64,000 nucleotides of DNA from a virus (taxonomy: Duplodnaviria; Heunggongvirae; Uroviricota; Caudoviricetes): the IMG/VR virus record IMGVR_UViG_3300051215_000059. The stretch is one strand, 5' to 3'. Shown here in pieces: positions 47,739 to 56,888 of the stretch. The notes beneath the pieces are model-generated. The model was not told the origin of the DNA. It ran no database searches and saw only the letters and a program-made list of their open reading frames with translations. A program made the position numbers and the translations under genes. Position 1 is the first letter of the stretch; each line of letters starts with the position of its first letter.

Positions 47739-48959
47739 ATGTCCGATAATAAAGATAAATTCAATCACAACCTTGATCCAATCTCACGGGTGAAATCAAA
47801 GATTAATGACCCGATGAACTTGCCTATGACTGGCGATCCAGACAAAGATAATATTACGATTCTTCCAGATCGTCCACCAATTTTTCACAACGTTCCGAAC
47901 TATACCATTGAAAAAAATCCATTTTCGTTCTTGTATATTGATATGACATACAAGTGTAACATGGAATGTGGTTTCTGCGATACGCCTGTTCGGCACTACA
48001 AAGATATGCCTATTGAAGTGTTTGAAGATATGTGCCGTAGGCTTCCTCGTCCAGTCAGTATGCGACTTCTTGGTGCAGAACCTACGTTGTATAAAGACTT
48101 GTTCAAGGCTATTGAAGTAGGAACAAAGTATGGCCATCAGCTTGCCATTGTCACTAACGGCATCCGTCTATCAAACAAAAATTATGTGAAAGATTTGAAA
48201 CGTGCAATTGATAATTGCGCTGACCCAAAACTTGTAAATCTATCTATTTCGCTGAATGGTGGATTTGAACGCGATGATTGGTATGAGACCATTGACCATG
48301 ATATCAGTCATCGTGCAAAGAAAGTTCAAGGTTTCCATAACGTTGTTGAGGCTGGATTCCGCAGACTATGTATCAATGCAATTATTGTCAAAAACCTAAA
48401 CGAAGGTGTTGTGAAAGAGTTCTACGACAAAGCAACTAGCTTACCACCGGGGGTGGTAACCAATATCCGTTTTAGAACCGCTGCAAAGCAGGGACGATAT
48501 GTTGAAGACCTTTATGAGAGTGAAGAAGAACACACATCGTATAGCGGTGTTGAACTCAACGAATATATCAAAACAATCATTCCCGAAGCAAACGCTCCGT
48601 TGAAATGGATTCGTGACGGTGTGAACCCAAGTGACGGTGCTGGCAATCATATCAACAACCCAAACCTAAAGTGCAATCAGTGTTGCTTGATGTATTACAT
48701 TCAGCCAAAACTATGGGTTGCCACTGTTGAGTTTGGCTCACACAACTCTGCTCTATGTTGGAGACGTGGACAATTTGTAACTTCAACGCAGACCATTCAG
48801 CCAGCCCACCATTATATTGACGAATTGAGTCGATATGTAAATACTTACGTTCCAGAAGGTATGAAACAACTTTCGGCACACCAACTAAAAAAGCGTATGT
48901 ATACAGATGTGGTCAAAAAGGGACGCAACCCATTGACTAATCCAAACTGGCAGGAGTAG
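47739..48959 (+). CDS. Radical SAM enzyme (MoaA-like N-domain)
   Basis: CNMECGFC, LGAEP, TNG; extra C-terminal CNQCC. Confidence 0.88.
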   Translation: MSDNKDKFNHNLDPISRVKSKINDPMNLPMTGDPDKDNITILPDRPPIFHNVPNYTIEKNPFSFLYIDMTYKCNMECGFCDTPVRHYKDMPIEVFEDMCRRLPRPVSMRLLGAEPTLYKDLFKAIEVGTKYGHQLAIVTNGIRLSNKNYVKDLKRAIDNCADPKLVNLSISLNGGFERDDWYETIDHDISHRAKKVQGFHNVVEAGFRRLCINAIIVKNLNEGVVKEFYDKATSLPPGVVTNIRFRTAAKQGRYVEDLYESEEEHTSYSGVELNEYIKTIIPEANAPLKWIRDGVNPSDGAGNHINNPNLKCNQCCLMYYIQPKLWVATVEFGSHNSALCWRRGQFVTSTQTIQPAHHYIDELSRYVNTYVPEGMKQLSAHQLKKRMYTDVVKKGRNPLTNPNWQE

Positions 48960-48960
48960 T

Positions 48961-49194
48961 ATGAAAATATTCGACTTTTCGCATTTGAACACAGTTGGAG
49001 AAACATATTGGCAGCATCTAAGATGGTGCCTATATTCCACTGGTGTTTTTGTCGTTATGATCTTTCTTGCGGTAGCACATGGAATATTTCCGTTTCTTTT
49101 TGCAAATCTTCCAGACCGTGTTATGATTTCGTATTTGAGAAATTTTCGAAAGCGTAGATATGAAACAGGACAGGCGGAAAGATTACCTGAATGA
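48961..49194 (+). CDS. Small membrane protein (DUF6356-like)
   Basis: HLNTVGETYWQH...AVAHGIFPFLF. Confidence 0.65.
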   Translation: MKIFDFSHLNTVGETYWQHLRWCLYSTGVFVVMIFLAVAHGIFPFLFANLPDRVMISYLRNFRKRRYETGQAERLPE

Positions 49195-50318
49195 TGTTTT
49201 CAACTGCATACATTCCATACCGTGCTTATTATTCTTCTCCGTATTCTCGTTACGGAAAAACATTCAAAAATGAAAACGCTATTGAACTAAGTTCTGCCAC
49301 CACTAAAAAATGGATGGAATCAAAATCATTTGATCCGTCCATTGTGGATTTTGTTATATACGGTAATTCAGTTCATCAGCATCATGGATTTTGGGCTGGA
49401 CCTTGGAGTGCTGCACTTATCGGAGCAGTCCATACAACAGGGACGATGATAAGTCAGGCTTGCACAACTGGTGCAACTGCGATATATCAAGCAGCATCGA
49501 ATGTTGAACTTGGTCTTTGCAACACTACATATACATTGGTAGCAGATAGAACATCAAATGGCCCAATCGTTCAGTGGGCAGAGTATGACAAAACAGAAAA
49601 TTGGATTGAGGATAACTTTCTTCTAGACCCATGGGGCAAGACTTCCATGCTGGAAACTGCCGATAGAGTTGCAAACTCTAAGGGTATAAGCAAATCGCAA
49701 GTTGATGACATTACAGTAAGACGATATGAACAGTATTATTCTTTATCCGAAAGACCATATATTTTTGAAACACTAGGATTGAAAGCAGACGAGGGTGTTA
49801 AAAAGATTGACCATGCAAGATTGGCTCGTTTATCTCCCGTTCAGTCGCATGGAGTTCATAGTATTGGAAATCTGACCTATCCTGCCGATGGGCATTGTGG
49901 AATATTTGTAACCGACCCATATACCGCAAAAGAAATGTCGAGTGAGTTGATACCAATACAACTATTGTCATATGGATACTCAAGATGTGAAAAATCTATG
50001 ATGCCTATTGCGTCAGTGGATGCAGCAAAGATGGCACTCAAAAATGCAGATGCATCCATTACAGATATGAAGGTAGTCAATCAACACAATGCTTTTGCTG
50101 TAAACGATATTGCTTTCGCAAATGAATTTGGAATCGACCCGTATGTAATGAACAACTATGGAAGTCCGTTGGTTTACGGACACCCTCAAAGCCCAGTTCT
50201 ATCGAGATTGATAATAGAAGGAATTGAGGAAGCGGTATCTGTTGGCGGCGGCTATGTTCTTGTAGCGGGCGCGGCTGGCGGGGATACTGGTGCAGCAGTG
50301 GTATTGAAAGTTGGATAA
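49191..50318 (+). CDS. Thiolase-family protein
   Basis: ISQACTTG, DRTSNGP, QHNAFAVND, YGHP, AAGGDTG. Confidence 0.85.
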   Translation: MMFSTAYIPYRAYYSSPYSRYGKTFKNENAIELSSATTKKWMESKSFDPSIVDFVIYGNSVHQHHGFWAGPWSAALIGAVHTTGTMISQACTTGATAIYQAASNVELGLCNTTYTLVADRTSNGPIVQWAEYDKTENWIEDNFLLDPWGKTSMLETADRVANSKGISKSQVDDITVRRYEQYYSLSERPYIFETLGLKADEGVKKIDHARLARLSPVQSHGVHSIGNLTYPADGHCGIFVTDPYTAKEMSSELIPIQLLSYGYSRCEKSMMPIASVDAAKMALKNADASITDMKVVNQHNAFAVNDIAFANEFGIDPYVMNNYGSPLVYGHPQSPVLSRLIIEGIEEAVSVGGGYVLVAGAAGGDTGAAVVLKVG

Positions 50319-50910
50319 GTTTGAAAACATACCTTGGCCAAACTGGAAAGGGCAAAAGTATTTAGGTGAGATTGACTTGTCTGGTCCTTCTCTTATCGAC
50401 TATTTGGATTGTCCAGAGGCAGCACCATTGCATCAAAATATTGTTTCTATACTAAAAAATAATGATTGCAAGAATGTCGTGGATGTTGGATGTGGCGAAG
50501 CAAGAATAGTGGAAAGATATGATTTTTCTCATTACATGGGTTTTGATTTAGAAAAACGACTTCTTCTTAGAGCACGACGAAGATACCGAGAAAAACAGAA
50601 CCATGAGTTTAGGCATTGCGGTTGGAATGATGACGTGTCTGTGAGTTTCAAGGTGGATGCGTTAATGTTCATAGGAACACTAAGTTACAATGAGAACCAT
50701 ATAGATGGGTTTGAAAAACTTTGTCAACTATACCGACCACGCATAGTAATAATTCAAGAAATTTTGCAGGAACAGACATATGTCGCAGAAACAAACAAGT
50801 TGAAAGCGATGCCGCTTGATTATTATATGTCATATCCTCATAAGTATCACGAGTTTGATTTGCCAGTATGGTGTGGACACAGAGCGCAGTTAGAGATTTA
50901 CTATGAGTAA
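50311..50910 (+). CDS. Class I SAM-dependent methyltransferase
   Basis: VVDVGCGEAR, YMGFDLE; TTG start overlapping the thiolase stop. Confidence 0.8.
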   Translation: MDKFENIPWPNWKGQKYLGEIDLSGPSLIDYLDCPEAAPLHQNIVSILKNNDCKNVVDVGCGEARIVERYDFSHYMGFDLEKRLLLRARRRYREKQNHEFRHCGWNDDVSVSFKVDALMFIGTLSYNENHIDGFEKLCQLYRPRIVIIQEILQEQTYVAETNKLKAMPLDYYMSYPHKYHEFDLPVWCGHRAQLEIYYE

Positions 50911-51679
50911 ATTTACGAAACAAGTAAGACCAATAGTCTTACCAGAAGTAAATAGTCTCATTAAAAAATCTGGTATCATGCCAATCAATGATGACTGTAG
51001 ATATAAGACAAATATAAAAGAATGGCTAAGTCCTGTCATTGACCTAAGTGAATTTTATGTATATCCTATCAATGGAATTACAGAAGGATTGAATTACTGG
51101 TCTGGAAAAGAACAGAGGAATATTACAAAAATTGATGGCGATTACGAATGGGTAGATTCCACATTTTGTAGAAATGGTGAAATAAGATATGTATCTGTGC
51201 CAAGTTCAGTTGACGGAAATTTCAAAGAACTCGACTATGACGGACCTATCGCATTAGATATAGCATATGTTGGAACCACGAAGCCACAATTCATACCTAT
51301 GGCTGAAAGCATTGAAACTGTATTCTATAGTCTTAGTAAACCGTTTGGTCTTAAAAATCTAAGAACTGGTTGGTATTTCACACGGCGTCCAGATGTGAAA
51401 CTTTACAATCTTCATATCAAGTCAAACTACTATAACTATTTCTCTCATCAAATAGCAGAACTTGTGATTGAGCACTTTACAATTGACTATGTTTATGATA
51501 GAATGAGAAAAATACAGTTGGATGTATGTGATAAAATGAACCTCATTCCGAGTGATAGTGTTTGGCTTGCTACATCAGATGATAATATCTATGATAGCTT
51601 CAAACGTGGAAACACCAATCGGCTGTGTATTACTGAGTTTATGAAAGAGCATGAAGGTATATCAGAACTTTATTCTTGA
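50903..51679 (+). CDS. Truncated PLP-dependent fold-type I enzyme
   Basis: NGITEGL, LDIAY, PLP-lysine motif YSLSKPFGLKNLRTGW. Confidence 0.7.
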   Translation: MSKFTKQVRPIVLPEVNSLIKKSGIMPINDDCRYKTNIKEWLSPVIDLSEFYVYPINGITEGLNYWSGKEQRNITKIDGDYEWVDSTFCRNGEIRYVSVPSSVDGNFKELDYDGPIALDIAYVGTTKPQFIPMAESIETVFYSLSKPFGLKNLRTGWYFTRRPDVKLYNLHIKSNYYNYFSHQIAELVIEHFTIDYVYDRMRKIQLDVCDKMNLIPSDSVWLATSDDNIYDSFKRGNTNRLCITEFMKEHEGISELYS

Positions 51680-52541
51680 TAGCACACGTTGGAACCACAT
51701 TGCAGAACGCGATGGGGATGTAATTGTTTCAACTCCTTATAAGAGTGGAACCACGTGGATGCAAAATATTGTCTTGCATCTTATATTCTTAGACTTTCAG
51801 TCAAGAAACATCAACACTTTTTCTCCTTGGATAGAAAACAGAATCAAACCTATAAATGAACTCAAAGAGATTGTGGAGTCACAGCAACACCGCAGATGCT
51901 TCAAGACGCACTTACCAGCAGATGGCTTGAAAATACGAGGTAACAGCAAATACATTATTGTTGGGCGTGATCCAAGGGATGTGTTTGTGTCTCTATGGAA
52001 CCAATATAAAAACTACACTCCTGAGTTTTATGAGTTAGTAAACAATACGCCAGGTCGTGTAGGAAATGAATTACCAGTATGCCCAACACATGTTTCTGAT
52101 TTTTGGGATATGTGGATAAACAGAGGATGGTTTCCTTGGGAGAATGAAGGATATCCGCACTGGTCAAATCTTAGAAATGTTCAAACTTGGTGGGATATAT
52201 CAACACATCCAAATATATTGTTAGTCCACTATAACGATTTGTTGGTAACGCCAATAGATGAAATTAAAAAAATATCCCAGTTTTTGAATATATACATAGA
52301 CATGGAAGCTGCTAAACGTATCTCTGAATTAGTAAGTTTTTCATACATGAAATCAAATTCGGATATCCTATTGCCAAATAGTTCTAAAACCTATAAAGAT
52401 GGAAATCATTCTTTTTTTAATAGCGGAACATCAAATCAATGGAAGTCAGTTTTATCTGAGAAACAGCTTTCGGAATACGAAATAGTATCAAACAATGAAC
52501 TTACAAAAGAATGCAAAAAATGGTTAGAGGGAAGTGAATAA
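51651..52541 (+). CDS. PAPS-dependent sulfotransferase (SULT-like)
   Basis: 5'-PSB TPYKSGTTW, catalytic KTHLP, 3'-PB RDPRDVFVS. Confidence 0.9.
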   Translation: MKVYQNFILDSTRWNHIAERDGDVIVSTPYKSGTTWMQNIVLHLIFLDFQSRNINTFSPWIENRIKPINELKEIVESQQHRRCFKTHLPADGLKIRGNSKYIIVGRDPRDVFVSLWNQYKNYTPEFYELVNNTPGRVGNELPVCPTHVSDFWDMWINRGWFPWENEGYPHWSNLRNVQTWWDISTHPNILLVHYNDLLVTPIDEIKKISQFLNIYIDMEAAKRISELVSFSYMKSNSDILLPNSSKTYKDGNHSFFNSGTSNQWKSVLSEKQLSEYEIVSNNELTKECKKWLEGSE

Positions 52542-53961
52542 GATGAACAAGAACGCAACACAGTATTTCATACGCAAAGCGCCGACTATTGCAATTTATT
52601 ACGAAGATGAAAAGATTACATATGATTCTCTGTATGACAACGTGAATCGTTATGCGAATCTGCTTTCATCAAAATATAATAAGGGAGACGAAATCCTTGT
52701 TATTATGAATGACCGCCCAGAATATTTCTATTTGTTTTGGGGGGCAGTCAAGGTTGGTATTATCCCTTCACTTCTAAGCACTATGCTAACAGACGATGAA
52801 TACCAAAAAATCAAGAGCGAAAAAAAATACAAACATGTTTTCACTGATGAAAACATTGCAGAGTTTGATGCCGCTGCAACATCAACCGACGAGTGTGATA
52901 TGGCTCATGCAGAAGATACAGACCTGTGTTTCTACTTGTTTTCAAGTGGGACAACTGGTTATATAACTGCCATTCCGCATAAGCATCGGGACATGGCACG
53001 AACAGCAATCAATTATGCCAAAAAAACATTGAATATGACCGCATATGATGTTTGCTACAGTTCTGCAAAACTATTCTTTGCTTATGGATTTGGCAACAGC
53101 ATGACATTTCCATTGTTTGTGGGTGCATCAACAGTTCTGGTATCAGAGTCATCTACTGCGAAAACCGCACTGGAAACAATTGAGAAGTATAAGCCATCGC
53201 TATATTTCGGAGTTCCAACTTTATATGCACATATGTTGAAATCTCTATCAACGTCTTCTCGTGACCTTAGTTCAGTCCGTTTGTGTATTAGTGCAGGGGA
53301 ACCATTATCTGCCAAAATATTCAATGATTGGAACAAAACGACTGGTGCGAAAATACTTGATGGCATCGGGACGACTGAGGCTCTACACATCTTCATTTCT
53401 AATCGTGTTGAAGACAACGAAGCTGGATGCAGTGGAAGATTGGTTCCTGGGTATCAGGCACGAATACTTGATGTTCAAGGAAATGAGGTTCCAGATGGTG
53501 AAGTTGGATATCTTTACATAAAAGGAGAAAGCATCAGCGGCGACAATGAGTGGAATAGCACTGGCGATATGTTTATAAAGAATGGTCCAAAGTATTACTA
53601 TCAGGGACGAGCAAATGACATGCTCAAAATTGGTGGACTTTGGGTGTCTCCAACAAAAATTGAAAGTAAAATCATGGAACATTCAAATGTTCTTGAAGTC
53701 GGGGTGGTTCAAAGTTCAGACGCCAATGGACTGATAAAACCAAAAGCGTATGTTGTCACCAAGTCGCCATGCGATGACCCAATAAAGTTTCGCAATGAAC
53801 TAAAAAAACTATGCATTGATGAGTTGCCACCAAATCACTATCCGAATTGGATAGAACTTGTTTCGAGTCTACCAAAAACTGCGACTGGAAAAATAAAACG
53901 ATTTCAACTCCGAGTGGCAGATGCATTTTCTCCACCAAATGAAGAAGTGAGTGAGGGGTGA
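52534..53961 (+). CDS. Benzoate-CoA ligase-family adenylating enzyme
   Basis: KLFFAYGFGNSMTFPL, FGVPTLY, ISAGEPL, DGIGTTE.LHIF, TGD, LPKTATGKIKR. Confidence 0.88.
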   Translation: MNKMNKNATQYFIRKAPTIAIYYEDEKITYDSLYDNVNRYANLLSSKYNKGDEILVIMNDRPEYFYLFWGAVKVGIIPSLLSTMLTDDEYQKIKSEKKYKHVFTDENIAEFDAAATSTDECDMAHAEDTDLCFYLFSSGTTGYITAIPHKHRDMARTAINYAKKTLNMTAYDVCYSSAKLFFAYGFGNSMTFPLFVGASTVLVSESSTAKTALETIEKYKPSLYFGVPTLYAHMLKSLSTSSRDLSSVRLCISAGEPLSAKIFNDWNKTTGAKILDGIGTTEALHIFISNRVEDNEAGCSGRLVPGYQARILDVQGNEVPDGEVGYLYIKGESISGDNEWNSTGDMFIKNGPKYYYQGRANDMLKIGGLWVSPTKIESKIMEHSNVLEVGVVQSSDANGLIKPKAYVVTKSPCDDPIKFRNELKKLCIDELPPNHYPNWIELVSSLPKTATGKIKRFQLRVADAFSPPNEEVSEG

Positions 53962-54594
53962 TTAAATATCACCCCAATTACAATATCCACTAAAGTTTAT
54001 AAACACTCTTGTGGTGTTTGCGTTTCGAACACCATGAATTACCTTGTTGGCGTTTAGCACGGTTGGGTGCTGAGTGCTATAAGAGTGAGTTCCCAACAAA
54101 TAATCTTCATTGTGTTCTACAGTTGTAAAGTTGCCCTTATTCACTACTGGCAAATCATCTTTATATAAGTGAACAGTTGCGCCGCCTTCCGCTGGAAGTA
54201 TTGGGACCATAATGCTGCATGTTCTTGCGAAATCTTTGTGTGGTGGAAGTTCAAAGTTTGGTCCGTATATCCAAAGAACTGGAAAGTTTGGTCCAGTTGT
54301 TTTTGTAATATATTCCAATTCTTTTGTGAGTCTGTTTACTTCTGGATTGTCATATCTTTCCAGATGACGAATGAACTTGTGTTGGTCCCCAGAATGTTGA
54401 TGCTTTCCAGATGGAAGGCATTTTGGGCATATACATCTAAAGTATGGGCTATCTTCCGCATCATCTTCAATATAATCCGTGTGACGTTCTATATAGTTCA
54501 CAGCCTTGTGTTTTATGCTGTGATAAAATCGTTCAAGTTCTTCACGGTCATAAGTTATATGTTTTAGTTCTTTGATGTGTGCTTCAGTTATCAT
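53962..54594 (-). CDS. Fe(II)/2OG-dependent oxygenase-like protein
   Basis: HxD in PPHKD, distal His in IHGVRN, downstream R. Confidence 0.65.
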   Translation of the reverse strand: MITEAHIKELKHITYDREELERFYHSIKHKAVNYIERHTDYIEDDAEDSPYFRCICPKCLPSGKHQHSGDQHKFIRHLERYDNPEVNRLTKELEYITKTTGPNFPVLWIYGPNFELPPHKDFARTCSIMVPILPAEGGATVHLYKDDLPVVNKGNFTTVEHNEDYLLGTHSYSTQHPTVLNANKVIHGVRNANTTRVFINFSGYCNWGDI

Positions 54595-55120
54595 TTTTTG
54601 TGCTTTCTAAAAACTTTTCTACATTCAATTTCCACAATGTCTGTGGGGTATCGTATAATATAACTTCTTTTATATATTCTATGTAGGAATCATTTATTTT
54701 AGATTCTATTTTGAGTGACCTATCATACCGTGTGATTTCTCCATAAACTGGATTTTCTACATTTGTTGTCACATATAAGTCTTTGGTTGGAAGTTCAGTG
54801 ATGAAGGAATTTATATATAGCTTTCCTCTTGCACCAGTCCCACGATGCAGACCTTTGTTTGTTCCTGACTTTGGAAGGGTGGCACTGCGAAAAAATATTC
54901 TCCAAGCGTTTTCTGAAATCTGTGGAAGATATTGATATCCAGCAACCGACACCAGTTTGTCGTTGACAGTGATTCCAAAAAATCCGCCACCTTCATTTAT
55001 AGTCCGTTCAAATTTCATTGCCTTCAAAGAGCTATTATTTACCCAACCCAGTGCCTCGCATTCTTTACAGAAGCCTTCCACTACTGACTTGTCTTCTAAA
55101 GATAGTTTATGTATTATCAT
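54584..55120 (-). CDS. GNAT-fold acyltransferase-like protein
   Basis: FFGITVNDKLVSVAG...RIFFRSATLP. Confidence 0.5.
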   Translation of the reverse strand: MIIHKLSLEDKSVVEGFCKECEALGWVNNSSLKAMKFERTINEGGGFFGITVNDKLVSVAGYQYLPQISENAWRIFFRSATLPKSGTNKGLHRGTGARGKLYINSFITELPTKDLYVTTNVENPVYGEITRYDRSLKIESKINDSYIEYIKEVILYDTPQTLWKLNVEKFLESTKNDN

Positions 55121-55694
55121 CCAAAATCACTGCTACCAAATGTATGCGGTCTTCCTTACTGCCATTGAAGGCTGTATGATGAAGAATAGTATTTGTATGC
55201 CACCAAGTTTGTTGAGGCAAGTGTTTTACTTCGTCCTCAATAATCATAAAACAACCCTCTTGAGTTTTGATTGGAAAGTGAATACGGGGGGTCGAGTCAA
55301 CGTGCCAAGTCAAGCAAGTTTTTGATTTGCTTTTCATGATACGAACTCTTCCAACGTGGTAATGTTTGGTTAGTTCTTTGTATACATCTTCAAATACGGT
55401 GCTTTCAAATTGCTTACACAACACGTTGAAATCGCCTTCTTTCAATGGAACGTCATACGGAGGAACTATTATTTTTTCGTGTCCATATTCATCTATGGTT
55501 TCAATGGCATTGTCCCAATCTAAGCTGAGACTTCCCGTTCCCTTTTTGTAGTTTGTTTCATGCCCGATAATGCTGTTCAAACATATTTGATTCGAGTCTG
55601 CCCAACTTATGGTGTTTGATGCCAAAAGTTTGTTTAGCTCTTCAAGTAAGTTTGTGTATATAGGTAGGTTAGTGAGTTGAGTATAATGTGACAT
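55107..55694 (-). CDS. Asp/Asn beta-hydroxylase-like Fe(II)/2OG oxygenase
   Basis: RVRIM...LTWHVD...RIHFPI...HHTAFN...DRIHLV. ATG at 55694 follows GAGGA; CATAAATA on the minus strand at 55718-55725. Confidence 0.75.
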   Translation of the reverse strand: MSHYTQLTNLPIYTNLLEELNKLLASNTISWADSNQICLNSIIGHETNYKKGTGSLSLDWDNAIETIDEYGHEKIIVPPYDVPLKEGDFNVLCKQFESTVFEDVYKELTKHYHVGRVRIMKSKSKTCLTWHVDSTPRIHFPIKTQEGCFMIIEDEVKHLPQQTWWHTNTILHHTAFNGSKEDRIHLVAVILDDNT

Positions 55695-55734
55695 TTTATC
55701 CTCGTTGTTTATACAACTATTTATGCTTTGCCTA

Positions 55735-55765
55735 TTGACATTCCAAGACGAATCGTGTATAAATA
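55735..55765 (+). promoter_or_regulatory. Composite sigma70/late promoter of tmRNA, with GAATC
   Basis: TTGACA-N17-TATAAA overlapping TATAAATA; GAATC at 55750-55754. Confidence 0.7.
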
Positions 55766-55769
55766 GTAT

Positions 55770-56085
55770 TGTAATCGTTGAAGCAGACGATAGACATTCT
55801 GGACCTGGGGGCAGTACCCAGCGGGTCCACCACAGATACATTCCTACAGGAATCTGATCAATTCTGGGTTGGTTCCACACCGTGCAAGAGGAACTGAGTG
55901 TATCTTTGATGGGCTCGAAATAGGATCGACAGGTGTTGAAAGCAAGTGGAGATTACCGTGTTGGCCTACGTTATTCAGCCAAAAAACTAAATGCAAACGA
56001 AAACTTTGCTCCTGTAGCTTACGCACTAGCTGCCTAATCTACTTGGGTGGGTCACCTACCTCGAAACAGAAACGGTGACACTCAC
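55770..56085 (+). ncRNA. ssrA: Circularly permuted two-piece tmRNA
   Basis: Acceptor piece: T-arm CTGGG-GGCAGTA-CCCAG then CGGGTCC-ACCA (ends 55832). Coding piece starts GGGCTCG at 55911 (G3:U70 pair). Tag ANENFAPVAYALAA* at 55993-56037. Outer ends are approximate. Confidence 0.92.
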
Positions 56086-56206
56086 ACCACAACTTAGAAA
56101 GAATTAGATGAAGTATATACTCAAACTACTTTCGTTGGATAAATATTCAGGTGATAGAAGTATGCACAGAGTGCATCAATCAAAATATGAGGATTTATGC
56201 CAATAA

Positions 56207-56806
56207 ATGGAACCAACTCCTACTGGATTTTCGGATAAAATAGCTTACGGTTTGACTATGAGTTTCCGTTGGTTTGCAGATACATTTTTTGCAAAACGAT
56301 ATGGACATAGAGCCGTAGTGTTAGAAACTGTCGCGGGAGTTCCTGGAATGGTGGCGGGAATGTGGCAACACTTGCGAAGTCTTCGCAAGATGAAACCAGA
56401 TGAACGTGGATGGATCAAAACCTTATTGGACGAAGCAGAAAACGAGCGTATGCATCTCATGATTTTCATTGAGATTGCAAAACCAAACTGGTTTGAACGA
56501 TTACTTGTGCTGTTTGCTCAATTTGTGTTTTGGCACTTCTACTTCGTTCTATATGTTTTCTTTCCGAAAACTGCACACCGAATGATTGGTTACTTTGAAA
56601 ACCAAGCAGTAGTGAGTTACACACAATACTTAGAAGAAATTGACTCTGGCAGAACAGAGAATATACCAGCACCGAAAATAGCGATAGACTACTATAAGCT
56701 GAAATCCACTGCAACGTTGCGAGACGTTATAGTTGCAGTGAGAGCCGACGAACAAGGGCATGCTGATGTGAACCACGGAATGGCAGACGAACTAATAACC
56801 AAGTAA
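56207..56806 (+). CDS. aox: Alternative oxidase (ubiquinol oxidase)
   Basis: LETVAGVPGM, EAENERMHL, ENQAVVSY and RADEQGH diiron motifs. Confidence 0.93.
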   Translation: MEPTPTGFSDKIAYGLTMSFRWFADTFFAKRYGHRAVVLETVAGVPGMVAGMWQHLRSLRKMKPDERGWIKTLLDEAENERMHLMIFIEIAKPNWFERLLVLFAQFVFWHFYFVLYVFFPKTAHRMIGYFENQAVVSYTQYLEEIDSGRTENIPAPKIAIDYYKLKSTATLRDVIVAVRADEQGHADVNHGMADELITK

Positions 56807-56828
56807 GATTTTATCGTCAGATTGAAAT

Positions 56829-56853
56829 AAAGGGTGGCTTCGGCCACCCTTTT
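56829..56853 (+). terminator. Intrinsic terminator, UUCG loop
   Basis: AAAGGGTGGC-TTCG-GCCACCCTTT. Confidence 0.85.
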
Positions 56854-56888
56854 GTTTTTGATAAATACACTAAATATGGAGAAACTTC

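Noticed and set aside
55801-55832. Standalone tRNA-Ala
   Set aside because: Only the T-arm and the 3' acceptor strand are present. The matching 5' strand lies downstream with a tag ORF, so this is a permuted tmRNA.
55107-56078. ORF-track calls 55869-56078(+), 55844-56026(-) and the N-terminal extension of 55107-55880(-)
   Set aside because: They overlap the tmRNA. The oxygenase has a good RBS at ATG 55694.
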